64,000 nt of DNA from Thermoplasmatales archaeon (GTDB lineage Archaea > Thermoplasmatota > E2 > UBA202 > JdFR-43). The notes beneath the pieces are model-generated. The model saw nothing but the letters and a program-made list of their open reading frames with translations. It was not told where the DNA came from and searched no databases. The stretch lies in NCBI GenBank assembly GCA_014361195.1, contig JACIWA010000007.1, forward strand, positions 3,346-67,345. Direction: 5' to 3'. The position numbers and the translations under genes are program-made. Positions 54,695 through 64,000 of the stretch are shown here, piece by piece; position 1 is the stretch's first letter; every line of letters starts with the position of its first letter.

Positions 54695-55390
54695 ATGTAT
54701 GTTATAATTCTCGGCCCCGCAGGCGCAGGCAAAACAACAATGGCAAGAGCTCTCTCTGAATACGGGTTTTTGATAAATCTGGACCCAGCAACGCCTTGCG
54801 AAGCAAATGTTGATATAAGGAAATGGGTAAAAGCGGAGGAAATTCAAAAAAATTATTCTCTTGGAATAAATGGGGCTCTTCTAAAAAGTATGGAAATTAT
54901 AAGCAATATGGATGAATGGATAGTTAAGGATAAAGATAAGATCAAGATTGTCGATACTCCTGGGCAACTTGATATTTTTTTACATCATGATTATGGAATA
55001 AAAATTGTTAAAAAATTAGCTGAAAATGACATTGTTTCTTCTGTTTTTGTTATAGATGCAAATGAAATTCTCTCAGTTGAGAATTATCTTGCGATGCTTG
55101 CTCTGAATGCAATTGTAAATTTGCGTCTCTCAATTCCATCTATAAGTGTTATAAATAAAATAGATATGGTTGATGTAAATCAGATAAAAAAATTTTTTGA
55201 TAAAAAATATTTGGATAATGAAATCAAGAGAGGAGATGCTATTGTTTCCCTTGCTTCTGGTTTAATTGATTATATTGAATATACAAGCATTTATTCTCGT
55301 CCAGTCCTTGCTTCTGCAAAAAATGGCGAAGGGATTGAAGAGCTATATGATTTGATTCATGAAATTCATTGCTCATGCGGTGAGCTATAA
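54695..55390 (+). CDS. GPN-loop GTPase family protein
   Basis: P-loop ILGPAGAGKTT, NLDPA segment, DTPGQLDIF and NKIDM motifs. Confidence 0.85.
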   Translation: MYVIILGPAGAGKTTMARALSEYGFLINLDPATPCEANVDIRKWVKAEEIQKNYSLGINGALLKSMEIISNMDEWIVKDKDKIKIVDTPGQLDIFLHHDYGIKIVKKLAENDIVSSVFVIDANEILSVENYLAMLALNAIVNLRLSIPSISVINKIDMVDVNQIKKFFDKKYLDNEIKRGDAIVSLASGLIDYIEYTSIYSRPVLASAKNGEGIEELYDLIHEIHCSCGEL

Positions 55391-55440
55391 TTTTATGATT
55401 GAACCATACATTTTATAAATAAAAAAACATTTCTTTTGCT

Positions 55441-57753
55441 ATGAGAAAGACGCAAATATTTGTTGTATTAATTCTGCTGGCTTCTTTATTCAGCCTGCCA
55501 GGAAAAGCATATACTAGCGAAGGGGAGTTTGGAGGAGTAGCAAAGGCGGATGATGGAAATATAATTGTGGTTGGGTACGTGCTTGAAAGCAGTAAATATG
55601 TGATGACTGTTGAAAAATATGATGCTAAAACAGGCTCCTTAATCTGGAACAAGAAATTTAGCAGATATTCTCAGAACATTGGAAAGGCGGTTGTAGTTGA
55701 CGCAAATGGAAACATTTATGCGGGCGGGGTCAGCGGAAGCGAGTTTGCGGGAATTGAGATTCCATCAACTGACTATTTAATAGTTAAATATGATAAGAAC
55801 GGGAGAGAAATATGGAATAAAACATATGATAATGGATTTGCGGACTTTTTAATGGATATGGCAATAGATGAGGATAATAATGTTTATGCAACTGGAATGA
55901 CTCTTTATTTTGATATTGGAAACAAAAATCTATCTAATATAGATTTCTGGACAATAAAAATTGGTGAAGATGGAAAAATAATTAAGCAGGATAAGTTTGA
56001 TGAAAAAATAGATGCGGGCTTTGGTATAGATGTGAGAGGAAATAAAGTTATTGTTACTGGAACTGTACAAAAAGAAGAGGAGCAGAGCAAATATTGCACA
56101 CTTATTTATAATAAGGATTTATTTTTGATTTCAACAATATATTATGAAACAGGAATATGCTCTGCATCAGATGTAGCAATTTTTAGTGATGGAAGCTTTG
56201 CGGTTACAGGTAGCAAAGACGATGATATATTAACGGTCATCTATGATAGCAACGGAAATAAAAAGAAAGAATTTGTTGAAGGAGGAAGTAAAAAAGATGA
56301 TGCATTGGCTATTTCGTCTGATGGAATCAATTTTGTTATAGGTGGCTTAACAACAGAGAATGTTAAGAAGAGATGGTATATTGCAAAATATAATCAAACT
56401 TCAAGATTATGGGTTAATGGAACTGATGTTGAAGGAGAAGTGAAAAGAGTTTTGATGGATGCCAGCGGTATATATGCAGTTGGCTATAAAAAAATTCAGG
56501 AAGGAGTAGAAATTCCATGCATAAGAAAATACTCATCAGATGGAGCTTTTTTATGGGAAGGAAAAGCAACTCAGCCCCAGAGGCCATTGAGCGCTGATTT
56601 CAGATGGCTTCCTTCTAATCCAACAAGAGCGGATGTAGTGAATTTTTATGATTCATCAACTGGAGAAATAAATTCATGGCATTGGGATTTTGGAGATGGT
56701 TCAACAAGCAATGAGAAAAATCCAAAGCATCAATATTCTGCAATTGGAAAATTTAATGTAACTTTAACTGTAAGAGGGGCTAGCGGTGAGGACACCATAA
56801 CAAAAGAAATTTATATATCAAATTCTCTGCCATTTGCGGATTTTGACTGGAATCCAAAAAATCCTGTAGAAAAGGAAAATATAACCTTTGATGCGAGCAA
56901 GAGCTATGATTTAGATGGATATATAGTAAATTATACATGGCAATTTGGAGATGGAAGTGTTGGTTATGGAAAAGAAGTTATTCATGCTTATAATAGCAAA
57001 GGAAATTATACGGTAAATTTAACTGTATTGGACAATGATGGGGGAGAAAAGAAAATAACTAAACCAATTATTGTGAGCGAGGTAGGAGCAAATCCGCCTT
57101 CCGCGTCTTTCACAATTAAGGAAAGGGCGGGTAAGGGAGAAGTTGTTATAATTGATGCAAGTGATAGCTATGATATAGATGGCTACATAGTTAATTATAC
57201 ATGGTATTTTGGAGACGGAACAAATGCAACAACAACTCAGCCAATAATTTCTCATACCTGGTATAAAGATGGAGAATATAATGTTACACTTATAGTAGAG
57301 GATGATGAAGGATATAAATCTTCTTATTCAAGAGTAATAATAATAGGTGGTCCTCCGGATCTAAGGATTTATGCACCAAATGAAATTAAATGCGAGAAGA
57401 ACAAAGAAAAATCCTTCAAAATTAATATTTCCTGTGCTTACCAACCTCTATACTATTTGAATTTTTCCTTTGATATTGAAGGAGATATTGAAGTAATCCC
57501 AAAAATAGAAAACTTCAATATTTCTGCTGGTAGCTCATTGGAAATTGAAATAAAAGTTATTGCAAAAGAAAAAGGAGAAATAAAAATAAAATCGATTGGA
57601 AAATATATAGATATAGAAAATAATATAGAAAATGAGATCGAAAGTAATGAAGCCATAGTAGCAATTAATTTATCAGAAAAGACACCATCCTTCGAGCTGA
57701 TTGCATTTATATTTGCAATAATTGCTATTTTGATAATAAGAAGAAGGAAATGA
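55441..57753 (+). CDS. Surface protein: signal peptide, beta-propeller repeats, four PKD domains, C-terminal P-S-F/TM/RRRK anchor
   Basis: Signal peptide IFVVLILLASLFSLPGKA. Recurring GN.YA.G / VTG strands are propeller-like. There are four WxFGDGS..-type PKD repeats. The C-terminus is PSFELIAFIFAIIAILIIRRRK. Confidence 0.85.
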   Translation: MRKTQIFVVLILLASLFSLPGKAYTSEGEFGGVAKADDGNIIVVGYVLESSKYVMTVEKYDAKTGSLIWNKKFSRYSQNIGKAVVVDANGNIYAGGVSGSEFAGIEIPSTDYLIVKYDKNGREIWNKTYDNGFADFLMDMAIDEDNNVYATGMTLYFDIGNKNLSNIDFWTIKIGEDGKIIKQDKFDEKIDAGFGIDVRGNKVIVTGTVQKEEEQSKYCTLIYNKDLFLISTIYYETGICSASDVAIFSDGSFAVTGSKDDDILTVIYDSNGNKKKEFVEGGSKKDDALAISSDGINFVIGGLTTENVKKRWYIAKYNQTSRLWVNGTDVEGEVKRVLMDASGIYAVGYKKIQEGVEIPCIRKYSSDGAFLWEGKATQPQRPLSADFRWLPSNPTRADVVNFYDSSTGEINSWHWDFGDGSTSNEKNPKHQYSAIGKFNVTLTVRGASGEDTITKEIYISNSLPFADFDWNPKNPVEKENITFDASKSYDLDGYIVNYTWQFGDGSVGYGKEVIHAYNSKGNYTVNLTVLDNDGGEKKITKPIIVSEVGANPPSASFTIKERAGKGEVVIIDASDSYDIDGYIVNYTWYFGDGTNATTTQPIISHTWYKDGEYNVTLIVEDDEGYKSSYSRVIIIGGPPDLRIYAPNEIKCEKNKEKSFKINISCAYQPLYYLNFSFDIEGDIEVIPKIENFNISAGSSLEIEIKVIAKEKGEIKIKSIGKYIDIENNIENEIESNEAIVAINLSEKTPSFELIAFIFAIIAILIIRRRK
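56590..57350 (+). repeat. Four tandem PKD-domain coding repeats (~85 aa each)
   Basis: WHWDFGDGSTSNEKNPKHQY..NVTLTV, WQFGDGSVGYGKEVIHAY..YTVNLTV and WYFGDGTNATTTQPIISHTW..YNVTLIV, plus a flanking copy. Confidence 0.8.
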
Positions 57754-58385
57754 GCTACATAGAAATAGCGAGACTAGTTATAGGGGCTATAATCCTTGCA
57801 TATGCTTCATATACAGATATAAAAACAAGGGAAGCAAGCAACTTATTATGGATTTCCATGGCTGTTATCGGATTTATATTCCTTTTTTCTTACAAATCAT
57901 ATGATTTTTTCAAAATTATTTTCTCAATTCTTATATCTTTTTTAGTTGGTATATTGCTCTATTTCTCTGGCATGGGCGGAGCGGATGTAAAAGCCATTTG
58001 GGCGATATCGCTTCTCCGCCCAGTTTCAGATGAAATTTTTTTTATTTTTCCTATTAGTGTTCTTATAAATTCTCTTTTCCTTGTTTTGCCTCTTCCATTG
58101 ATTTTTTTTGTGTATAACATTTTGAATAAAAATTTTGAATTCCCATATTGCCTATTTGGATATAAAATGAGAGCAAATGTTGCAAAAAATAGTTTTGTGT
58201 GGGCAATGGAAAAAAATGGAAAAAAGAGCATAAACCCCCAAAAAGATGTTGATCTATCTTTACTCGGGGAAAAAGAAATATGGGTTACTCCCCAGCTACC
58301 ATTTCTTCTATTTATATTTTTTGGTTACATAACCTCTTTTATATTTGGAAATTTCCTATTCCTTATCTTTTCTTTCTTTAAGTAA
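57750..58385 (+). CDS. A24-family aspartic signal peptidase (prepilin/preflagellin peptidase-like)
   Basis: First Asp context SYTDIKTREASN and second Asp context GMGGADVKAIWA. Polytopic. 4-nt overlap with the upstream surface protein gene. Confidence 0.8.
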   Translation: MSYIEIARLVIGAIILAYASYTDIKTREASNLLWISMAVIGFIFLFSYKSYDFFKIIFSILISFLVGILLYFSGMGGADVKAIWAISLLRPVSDEIFFIFPISVLINSLFLVLPLPLIFFVYNILNKNFEFPYCLFGYKMRANVAKNSFVWAMEKNGKKSINPQKDVDLSLLGEKEIWVTPQLPFLLFIFFGYITSFIFGNFLFLIFSFFK

Positions 58386-58973
58386 TCTCTCTATTTCCTT
58401 CGCCCTTTTTTTCATTGCATTAATAAATCTTTTCTGGCTTGCAACAACATTTTTTAATGAGTGTTTAAATTCTTCAGTCGCACAATCTATAATAACTTCA
58501 ATTAATCTTGTATGCCTGTTTATTGATTTAACAATTTTTAAATATTCTTCCGCAATATCTTCCCCGAGCTTTGTTTTCAATTCTTTATAAATTTCCTCCG
58601 CCTCTTTTTCCTTTTCAAAAATCTCCTCTATTTTCTTCTGTAAAGTTTTTTTCGTAAATGGTTTAACTATGTAATTTTCTATCTTATCTAATGGCTTATC
58701 TTTCGCATCTAAGGGAGTTAGCGGAAGAGCGGTGAGCATCGAAACTGGTATATTTTTCAATTTTTCATCTTCTTTCAGCTTTTTTAATGTCTCCCATCCA
58801 TCCATTTCAGGCATCATTATATCAAGAAGAATTAAGTTAGGCATCTCTTTCCTCGCTTTTTTAATACATTCCTCCCCATTATATGCCTTTATTACAATGT
58901 ATTTATCTTTTAACATGTTTTCAACAAGCTCAACAATTTCTTTTTCATCATCAACAACAAGTATTTTCTTCAT
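58356..58973 (-). CDS. Orphan response regulator: receiver domain + helical C-terminal domain
   Basis: KILVVDDEKEIVEL, phospho-acceptor context LILLDIMMPEMDGWE and KPF. The C-terminal ~85 aa are helical with no DNA-binding motif recognised. Confidence 0.85.
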   Translation of the reverse strand: MKKILVVDDEKEIVELVENMLKDKYIVIKAYNGEECIKKARKEMPNLILLDIMMPEMDGWETLKKLKEDEKLKNIPVSMLTALPLTPLDAKDKPLDKIENYIVKPFTKKTLQKKIEEIFEKEKEAEEIYKELKTKLGEDIAEEYLKIVKSINRHTRLIEVIIDCATEEFKHSLKNVVASQKRFINAMKKRAKEIERLLKERKDKE

Positions 58974-59620
58974 TTGAGAGCCTCCTCCAGTTTAACAAGA
59001 ACTTCTCTTATAGTGGAGGAAGATTCTACAATATCTTTAACAAGCTGCTTCCCAAAGGGCTGGAAGTCCTCGCCCCCGCCTGCCTCTATCCTCTTTCTTA
59101 TCATTTCCATTAGCTCATCCAGGGGCGGCATCTCGAGATAAACTTTTTCTATATCCCTTTCCTTAAAATATTCTTTAATTTCGTTTATTAATTCTACAGA
59201 GGAAAATATTATTGATATATTTATTCCCTCATCTAACTTGCTCAGCAAATATTTGAAAATATTTTCATCTTTGACATGCTCCACTTCATCTATCATTATT
59301 ATTAATGGCCTTTCAGAATATTTCTTTTTGGAAAACAATCTGGAAAAAAATGATGCCTTTAATTCTTTCTCTATTTTGCCCTTAAAATCCTCAAAATTTA
59401 TCTCTCCTCCATGAAAATATATTGCTTTAACCTTGTATAGAGGAGCAAATTGATTTATCCATAGTAAAAAGGTTGTTTTTCCAATTCCAGTTTTTCCAAG
59501 AAGCCAGAAAAAATTGCCTTTACCCCCCAACGCTTTCAATATAATTTTTCTTGCTTCATCTTTATAAACCATAAAATTCGGATTCGGCTCATTTGGATTC
59601 AAAAATAATTCTTCTGGCAT
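58970..59620 (-). CDS. Small AAA+/P-loop ATPase with Orc1/Cdc6-like N-terminal layout
   Basis: Walker A LLGKTGIGKTT and Walker B LIIMIDEVEH. 216 aa. ATGA overlap with the receiver gene. Confidence 0.65.
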   Translation of the reverse strand: MPEELFLNPNEPNPNFMVYKDEARKIILKALGGKGNFFWLLGKTGIGKTTFLLWINQFAPLYKVKAIYFHGGEINFEDFKGKIEKELKASFFSRLFSKKKYSERPLIIMIDEVEHVKDENIFKYLLSKLDEGINISIIFSSVELINEIKEYFKERDIEKVYLEMPPLDELMEMIRKRIEAGGGEDFQPFGKQLVKDIVESSSTIREVLVKLEEALK

Positions 59621-59703
59621 CCCAAATAAATATTTTTAAAATATATATTTCTTCTGCTTTTCTCAAATCCCAAAGATTATAAAATTCATAAATATAATTT
59701 TTC

Positions 59704-60786
59704 ATGGATTTGCTCGATGAATTAAGGAAAGCAAGAGAAAAAGATTCAAAATTTAAAAATATAATTGGCTCAATGTGCACAGCTCCTCATCCAATTGCAA
59801 AGAAGGCATTCAAAATGTTTATAGAAACAAATCTTGGTGATTATGAACTTTTTTCTGGCACTAAAGAAATTGAAGAAAAAGCGGTAAAATGGGTTGCAAA
59901 TTTGATGCATGCTCCTCATTCCTATGGAGGAATCTCCACTTCAGGCGGAACTGAAAGCAATATAACATCTTTATGGATATTTAAAAAATTGGGTAAGGGA
60001 AATGAAGTAATTCTGCCAAAACAAGCCCATTTCTCTTTTTTAAAAGCTGCTAGTTTGCTTGATTTGAAGCTTAAATTTATTGATTGCAAATTTTTTATGA
60101 GAGCTAAAGATTTGAATAAAAAGATATCTAAAAAAACTCTATGTGTTGTAGCAATAGCGGGCAATACAAATTTTGGATATATTGATGAAATAGAGGAGAT
60201 AGCGGAAATATGCAATAATGAGAACATATTTATGCATGTAGATGCAGCATTTGGGGGATTTACTGCACCATTCGTAAGTAATAAAAAAATTGATTTCAGA
60301 AGCAAGATAAGTAGCATTTGCCTAGATGCCCACAAAATGGGAATGTCTTGCATTCCATGCGGTTTTTTAATTTTTAAGGAAAGAATATGGCTCGAAGAGA
60401 TAAAAATAAGAAGCAAATGCACCCACACAAGATTTCAAGTGAGTTTGCTTGGCACGCGCCCTGGGGCAAGCGTTGCATCCGCTTATGCGGTAATGCGATA
60501 TATGGGGAGAGAAGGCTATAGGAAGGTGGCAAAGGATTGTATGGAAAAAACTTTTTATTTAGCGGATTTGCTTTGTGAGGCGAATCTGGAATATTTTGAG
60601 CCCGAATTGAATATAGTTGCGATAAAGGTTAGGGAGCCATTTAAAGTTGCAAAGGAACTTGCTGAAATAGGGTGGTATGTTGGAATAGATGAGGAAAATG
60701 GGACAATAAGATGTGTTATTATGCCACATGTAAGCAAGAGAATGATTAATAAATTTGTTGATGATTTAGAAAAGGTGGTAAAATGA
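59704..60786 (+). CDS. mfnA: PLP-dependent tyrosine/aspartate decarboxylase MfnA
   Basis: IGSMCTAPHPIAKKAF, GGTESN and the PLP-Lys context LDAHKMG. Confidence 0.88.
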   Translation: MDLLDELRKAREKDSKFKNIIGSMCTAPHPIAKKAFKMFIETNLGDYELFSGTKEIEEKAVKWVANLMHAPHSYGGISTSGGTESNITSLWIFKKLGKGNEVILPKQAHFSFLKAASLLDLKLKFIDCKFFMRAKDLNKKISKKTLCVVAIAGNTNFGYIDEIEEIAEICNNENIFMHVDAAFGGFTAPFVSNKKIDFRSKISSICLDAHKMGMSCIPCGFLIFKERIWLEEIKIRSKCTHTRFQVSLLGTRPGASVASAYAVMRYMGREGYRKVAKDCMEKTFYLADLLCEANLEYFEPELNIVAIKVREPFKVAKELAEIGWYVGIDEENGTIRCVIMPHVSKRMINKFVDDLEKVVK

Positions 60787-61325
60787 ATTTGTTGGAAAAA
60801 TCATTAAAGGAAGCACCGATTATCAAGAAAGGAGAATACAATTATATTATCCATCCGATAACTGATGGAATACCTTTTGTTGAACCAAAAATTATCGAAG
60901 AAATTGTAGATGAAATAATAAAGGAAATGCCTTCTTGTAATAGAATTTTAACCATTGAAGCGATGGGCATACCAATAGCAACCGTATTGTCATTGAAAAC
61001 AGGGTTACCTTTTACAATTGTTAGAAAAAGGAAATATTCTTTGCCGGGAGAGAAAGAAGTTATACAGAAAACAGGCTATTCAGAAACGAGGTTATATATA
61101 AATGGAATAAAAAAAGGAGATGAAGTTTTAATTGTTGATGATGTGATAAGCACTGGAGGCACGCTTATTGCAATTGTTGAATCATTGAAAGAAATTGGAG
61201 CAAAAATAAAGGGAATATTCGTTGCAATAAATAAAGGAAATAAGGAGGAGATTGAGAAAAAAATAGGAATGAGAATAAGAACACTTGTGAATATAGAAGT
61301 GAATCATGAAGTTAGGATATTATAG
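60783..61325 (+). CDS. hpt: Purine (hypoxanthine/guanine) phosphoribosyltransferase, archaeal type
   Basis: PRPP-binding motif VLIVDDVISTGGT. 180 aa. Confidence 0.8.
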   Translation: MNLLEKSLKEAPIIKKGEYNYIIHPITDGIPFVEPKIIEEIVDEIIKEMPSCNRILTIEAMGIPIATVLSLKTGLPFTIVRKRKYSLPGEKEVIQKTGYSETRLYINGIKKGDEVLIVDDVISTGGTLIAIVESLKEIGAKIKGIFVAINKGNKEEIEKKIGMRIRTLVNIEVNHEVRIL

Positions 61326-62289
61326 AATCGATGAAAAGAAATTGGTTGAAGAAGCAAAAGATGGAAAAACAGGAAAAATAGGAATTAAATTGCCTGAAGG
61401 GCTGTCTAAATATGCAAGTGATATAATTGATTTTTTAAAAAAGCATGGAATAGAAACAATTTTTATCTCTGACTCATGCTATGGGGCATGCGATTTTTTT
61501 GAATATGAAGGAATAGACAAAATAATATTTGTTGGGGAGGTAGAGATGCCGTATTTGAAGAAAAGATATAGAATCGGAGCAATTGAAGCAATTTTTGATT
61601 TTGACGAAAATTTTCTTGAAATGGCAATGCCTTTTATAAAAGAAAAAAAAATCGGGCTGGTGAGTATAACCCCCTTCATACATAAAATAGAAGATTGCGG
61701 GAAATTTTTTGAAAAAAAAGGATATGAAGTTTTTGTTGGAAAAAAAAGCAGGAGAACAAAGTATGATGGGCAAATACTTGGATGTGATTTTTCATCCGCT
61801 AAAATTGTTGCTGGAAATGTAGATTGTTTTGTTTTTATCGGAGATGGTTTCTTTCATCCAGTTGGATTATATATAGCAACAAAAAAAGATGTTATTTGTG
61901 CAAATCCCTTAGAAATGAGAGTTTATAAAGATGAAATAAAAGAGATGGCTGAAAAGATAATTAAGAAAAGGCATTCTGTTATTTATAAAGCGATGGATTC
62001 AAAAAATTTTGGAATAATTGTTGGGAGGAAAATCGGGCAGAAAAGGTTAGAGTTAGCAAAAAGATTGAAAAGAAAAATAGAAGAAAAGGGAAAGAAAGCA
62101 TATTTAATATGCATGGATGAGATTGATGAAAGAATAAATTATTTAGATTTTGATTGCTATGTTTCTACCGCTTGCCCTAGAGTTGCTATTGATGATGCGG
62201 AAAAATTTAAAAAACCATTACTCACCCCTTTTGAATTAGAAATTTTATTTGGGGAAAGAGAAAGCTACCTGATGGATGAAATATATTAG
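61306..62289 (+). CDS. dph2: Diphthamide biosynthesis enzyme Dph2
   Basis: Three conserved Cys contexts: SCYGACD, GCDFSSA and STACPRVAIDD. 327 aa. Confidence 0.88.
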   Translation: MKLGYYRIDEKKLVEEAKDGKTGKIGIKLPEGLSKYASDIIDFLKKHGIETIFISDSCYGACDFFEYEGIDKIIFVGEVEMPYLKKRYRIGAIEAIFDFDENFLEMAMPFIKEKKIGLVSITPFIHKIEDCGKFFEKKGYEVFVGKKSRRTKYDGQILGCDFSSAKIVAGNVDCFVFIGDGFFHPVGLYIATKKDVICANPLEMRVYKDEIKEMAEKIIKKRHSVIYKAMDSKNFGIIVGRKIGQKRLELAKRLKRKIEEKGKKAYLICMDEIDERINYLDFDCYVSTACPRVAIDDAEKFKKPLLTPFELEILFGERESYLMDEIY

Positions 62290-62307
62290 TTAAGAGTCAT
62301 TTCTTGC

Positions 62308-64000
62308 TTATATGTGGATTATGCAGACTGTTTTTTCTGCTGAGGCTGTGTTTCCATCAAAATCGCTTGCAATAACCTTTATTGAATGCAAACCAAAAAC
62401 TTTTTCATCCCATATCCATTCATATGGATAAGAATATTTTGTCTCTCTAAATTCATTGTCTATATAGAATGATACCCTTGATATACCTACATTATCGCTT
62501 GCATCAGCCTCTATTGTTATATCGGTTCGATTAACTTAATTGTTGGAGGAACTGCATCTGGCAGAATTCTAAATGGTGCATCGGATATATCCTGTGCAGT
62601 GTTTACAGCATCGCATATTGCATGTATAGGCATTTTCTTTTATGTCCATTCCTATTGGTATCCAATTTTCACCATTATCTGCTGAGAGCATAACATCAAA
62701 AGTCAGTTTATCTCCATCTATATCATATGCATTCCATCTTATTGTGCAATTTCCTGGATAAATTTCTTCACCACCATTTGGGTATACTACAGTTACAACG
62801 GGTGAATTTTCGCTAACTATTTTTTCCGCTAGAACATTTCCTTTTGCATTTCTTATCTGGATTATCTTTGTTCCATATACCCAAGGTATTCTAAATGCAA
62901 ATGGATTAAAATCAACAATCTCTTCAGAACCTTCTGGTCCAATAAATGAAATACTGAAGTTTATTACAGAGAGAATACTTTCCACTTTTTGAAAGTAAAA
63001 CGATGCAATAGTTGCCATCTTCTTCCCCTGGCATGAGATCAATCCATCCTTCCGGCATGTAGAATATACTGCTTAATATTACTGTATCATTCTTATATAT
63101 TTTTCCACTGATAAAAAGTATTTCTGGATCAGCACCTTGTAATCTTGCAATTAAATTTTCGTAGCACTCTATACACACCCCTCTCTGGCATACATTATTT
63201 AGTCCCCGAGGCGCTGTTCCCATAAAGCAAATTGTATTATCTTTAGCCTCTTTTTCATTAACCCAGAAACCGTAAGCGAGGTTTCCATTTGAAGTATTGC
63301 TGTATTCTTCTCTACCTAATCTTAGTCCAAAAGTATGACCAATTTCATGGGTTACCGCTGTAGGGAATGGATATAATAGATGTAATGAAACGATGTATTA
63401 AATTACTTCTCGGCCAACAGATACCAGCAGTATTTCTATAAGTGGGGTTAGTATAATTGGCCATATGGTCACGGAACCAATTATCTGGGAAAAATGCAAC
63501 AGCTCGTTTATATCCATTTTTAGTAGCTATCTCACCTATTTTGTTTATTGTATCCGCTAACTTATTAAGGAATTGACCTTCATTTCTCGGGCGGTCGCTA
63601 AAATCTAAAATATTAAAATTTTTTATAAAGTACCAGGGATCCCAGGGAAATGCTACTCTTCTCGGATAACACAATATACCTCCTTCTCTTACTGGGTAAC
63701 ATCCTTCCATGAATTCATCAGATATCTCTACCATATCTCCGATTTCTTCTGCCCCTAAATAATCATGTGTGTTTAACCTTATAGGAACAAACAGTACATT
63801 AAAATCATTTGTTTTATTTAATGTAACATTTACTGTTACCTTATTGCTATTAAGTGGTAAAGTTGAAATAGCTTCTAAGTCAATGCTTCCATTTCCCTCA
63901 TTCCTCCATTTAAAGGGTATATCTGGAATTCCTCTTGATGTGTTTATTGTAATATTTATGGTTTGTCTTCCTGATATTGTTATTTCCGGATGAGTATATA
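62308..64000 (-). pseudogene. Secreted zinc metalloprotease (HExxH) gene, 5'-partial and disrupted by at least four frame changes
   Basis: Five consecutive minus-strand segments lie in different frames. The first runs from the window edge to 63345. The second carries TAVTHEIGHTFGL and runs to 62924. The third is 63042-62569. The fourth is a short AVNTAQDISDAPFRILPDAVPPTIKLIEP piece. The last, Ig-like segment ends at the stop at 62308-62310. Confidence 0.75.

Noticed and set aside
59922-60428. 168-aa minus-strand ORF
   Set aside because: It is antisense to mfnA, with no motifs.
63769-63993. 74-aa plus-strand ORF
   Set aside because: The opposite strand is open across this whole stretch and continues the metalloprotease reading frame (..NKVTVNVTLNKTNDFNVLFVPIRLNTHDYLGAEEIGDMVEISDEF..).
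1-64000. Search for tRNA, rRNA, CRISPR arrays and prophage or integrase signatures
   Set aside because: No GC-rich cloverleaf-like segments or T-loop motifs were found in the intergenic regions. No regularly spaced direct repeats were seen, and no integrase or capsid-like ORFs. The only repeats are coding domain repeats (PKD and beta-sandwich modules).
1-64000. Search for an E1 (ThiF/MoeB/UBA) or RING-type E3 partner of the Ubl/E2/JAMM cassette
   Set aside because: No ORF in the window shows a ThiF-type Rossmann fold plus CxxC pattern. The GxGxxG proteins present are FAD reductases. The only small zinc-ribbon ORF (38069-38251) is about 5 kb away on an unrelated transcription unit and has no RING-like spacing.

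Overview
AT-rich archaeal chromosomal segment. Diagnostic gene content includes PCNA, Nop5/Nop10, aIF2-alpha, S27e/L44e, class I LysRS, Dph2, deoxyhypusine synthase, ether-lipid genes (GGGPS, GGPP synthase, geranylgeranyl reductase, UbiA) and a class II-type HMG-CoA reductase. This looks euryarchaeal and possibly Thermoplasmata/DHVE2-like, but that placement is a guess from gene content only. The window is densely packed with about 75 protein genes, many joined by 1-30 nt overlaps. It holds a large ribosomal-protein operon (L3 to S14, 11.1-18.8 kb), a second conserved translation cluster (L44e-S27e-aIF2alpha-Nop10-PAC2, extended by a HerA-like ATPase), and scattered lipid and cofactor genes. 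Several large secreted or surface proteins are present: a papain-like protease with PKD domains, a 1491-aa repeat protein, a BNR propeller protein and a PKD/propeller protein. I found no rRNA, tRNA or CRISPR array. Three conserved small genes are absent from the ORF track: S14, Nop10 and Sec61-beta. One well-formed C/D-box sRNA candidate lies at 3680-3738 (-). The most interesting locus is a tightly overlapping cassette at 42.9-44.3 kb (-). It encodes a ubiquitin-like protein (GG plus an 8-aa tail), a canonical HPN/Cys E2 (UBC) and a JAMM/MPN+ metalloprotease, with no E1 or E3 visible in the window. The cassette appears to be co-transcribed with formiminotransferase and cyclodeaminase genes. 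Other notable items are listed here.
- An ArsR(CVC)-thioredoxin_3 fusion is interrupted by a -1 frameshift at an A7 run, next to an ArsP-like permease.
- A zinc-metalloprotease gene at the right edge is decayed by multiple frameshifts.
- A C-terminal Ig-like module is shared by three secreted proteins.
- An IS transposase remnant lies between hmgA and the Sec61-beta gene.
- Ribosomal protein S3 carries an HhH-like C-terminal extension.
- A small AAA+ ATPase is paired with an orphan response regulator.
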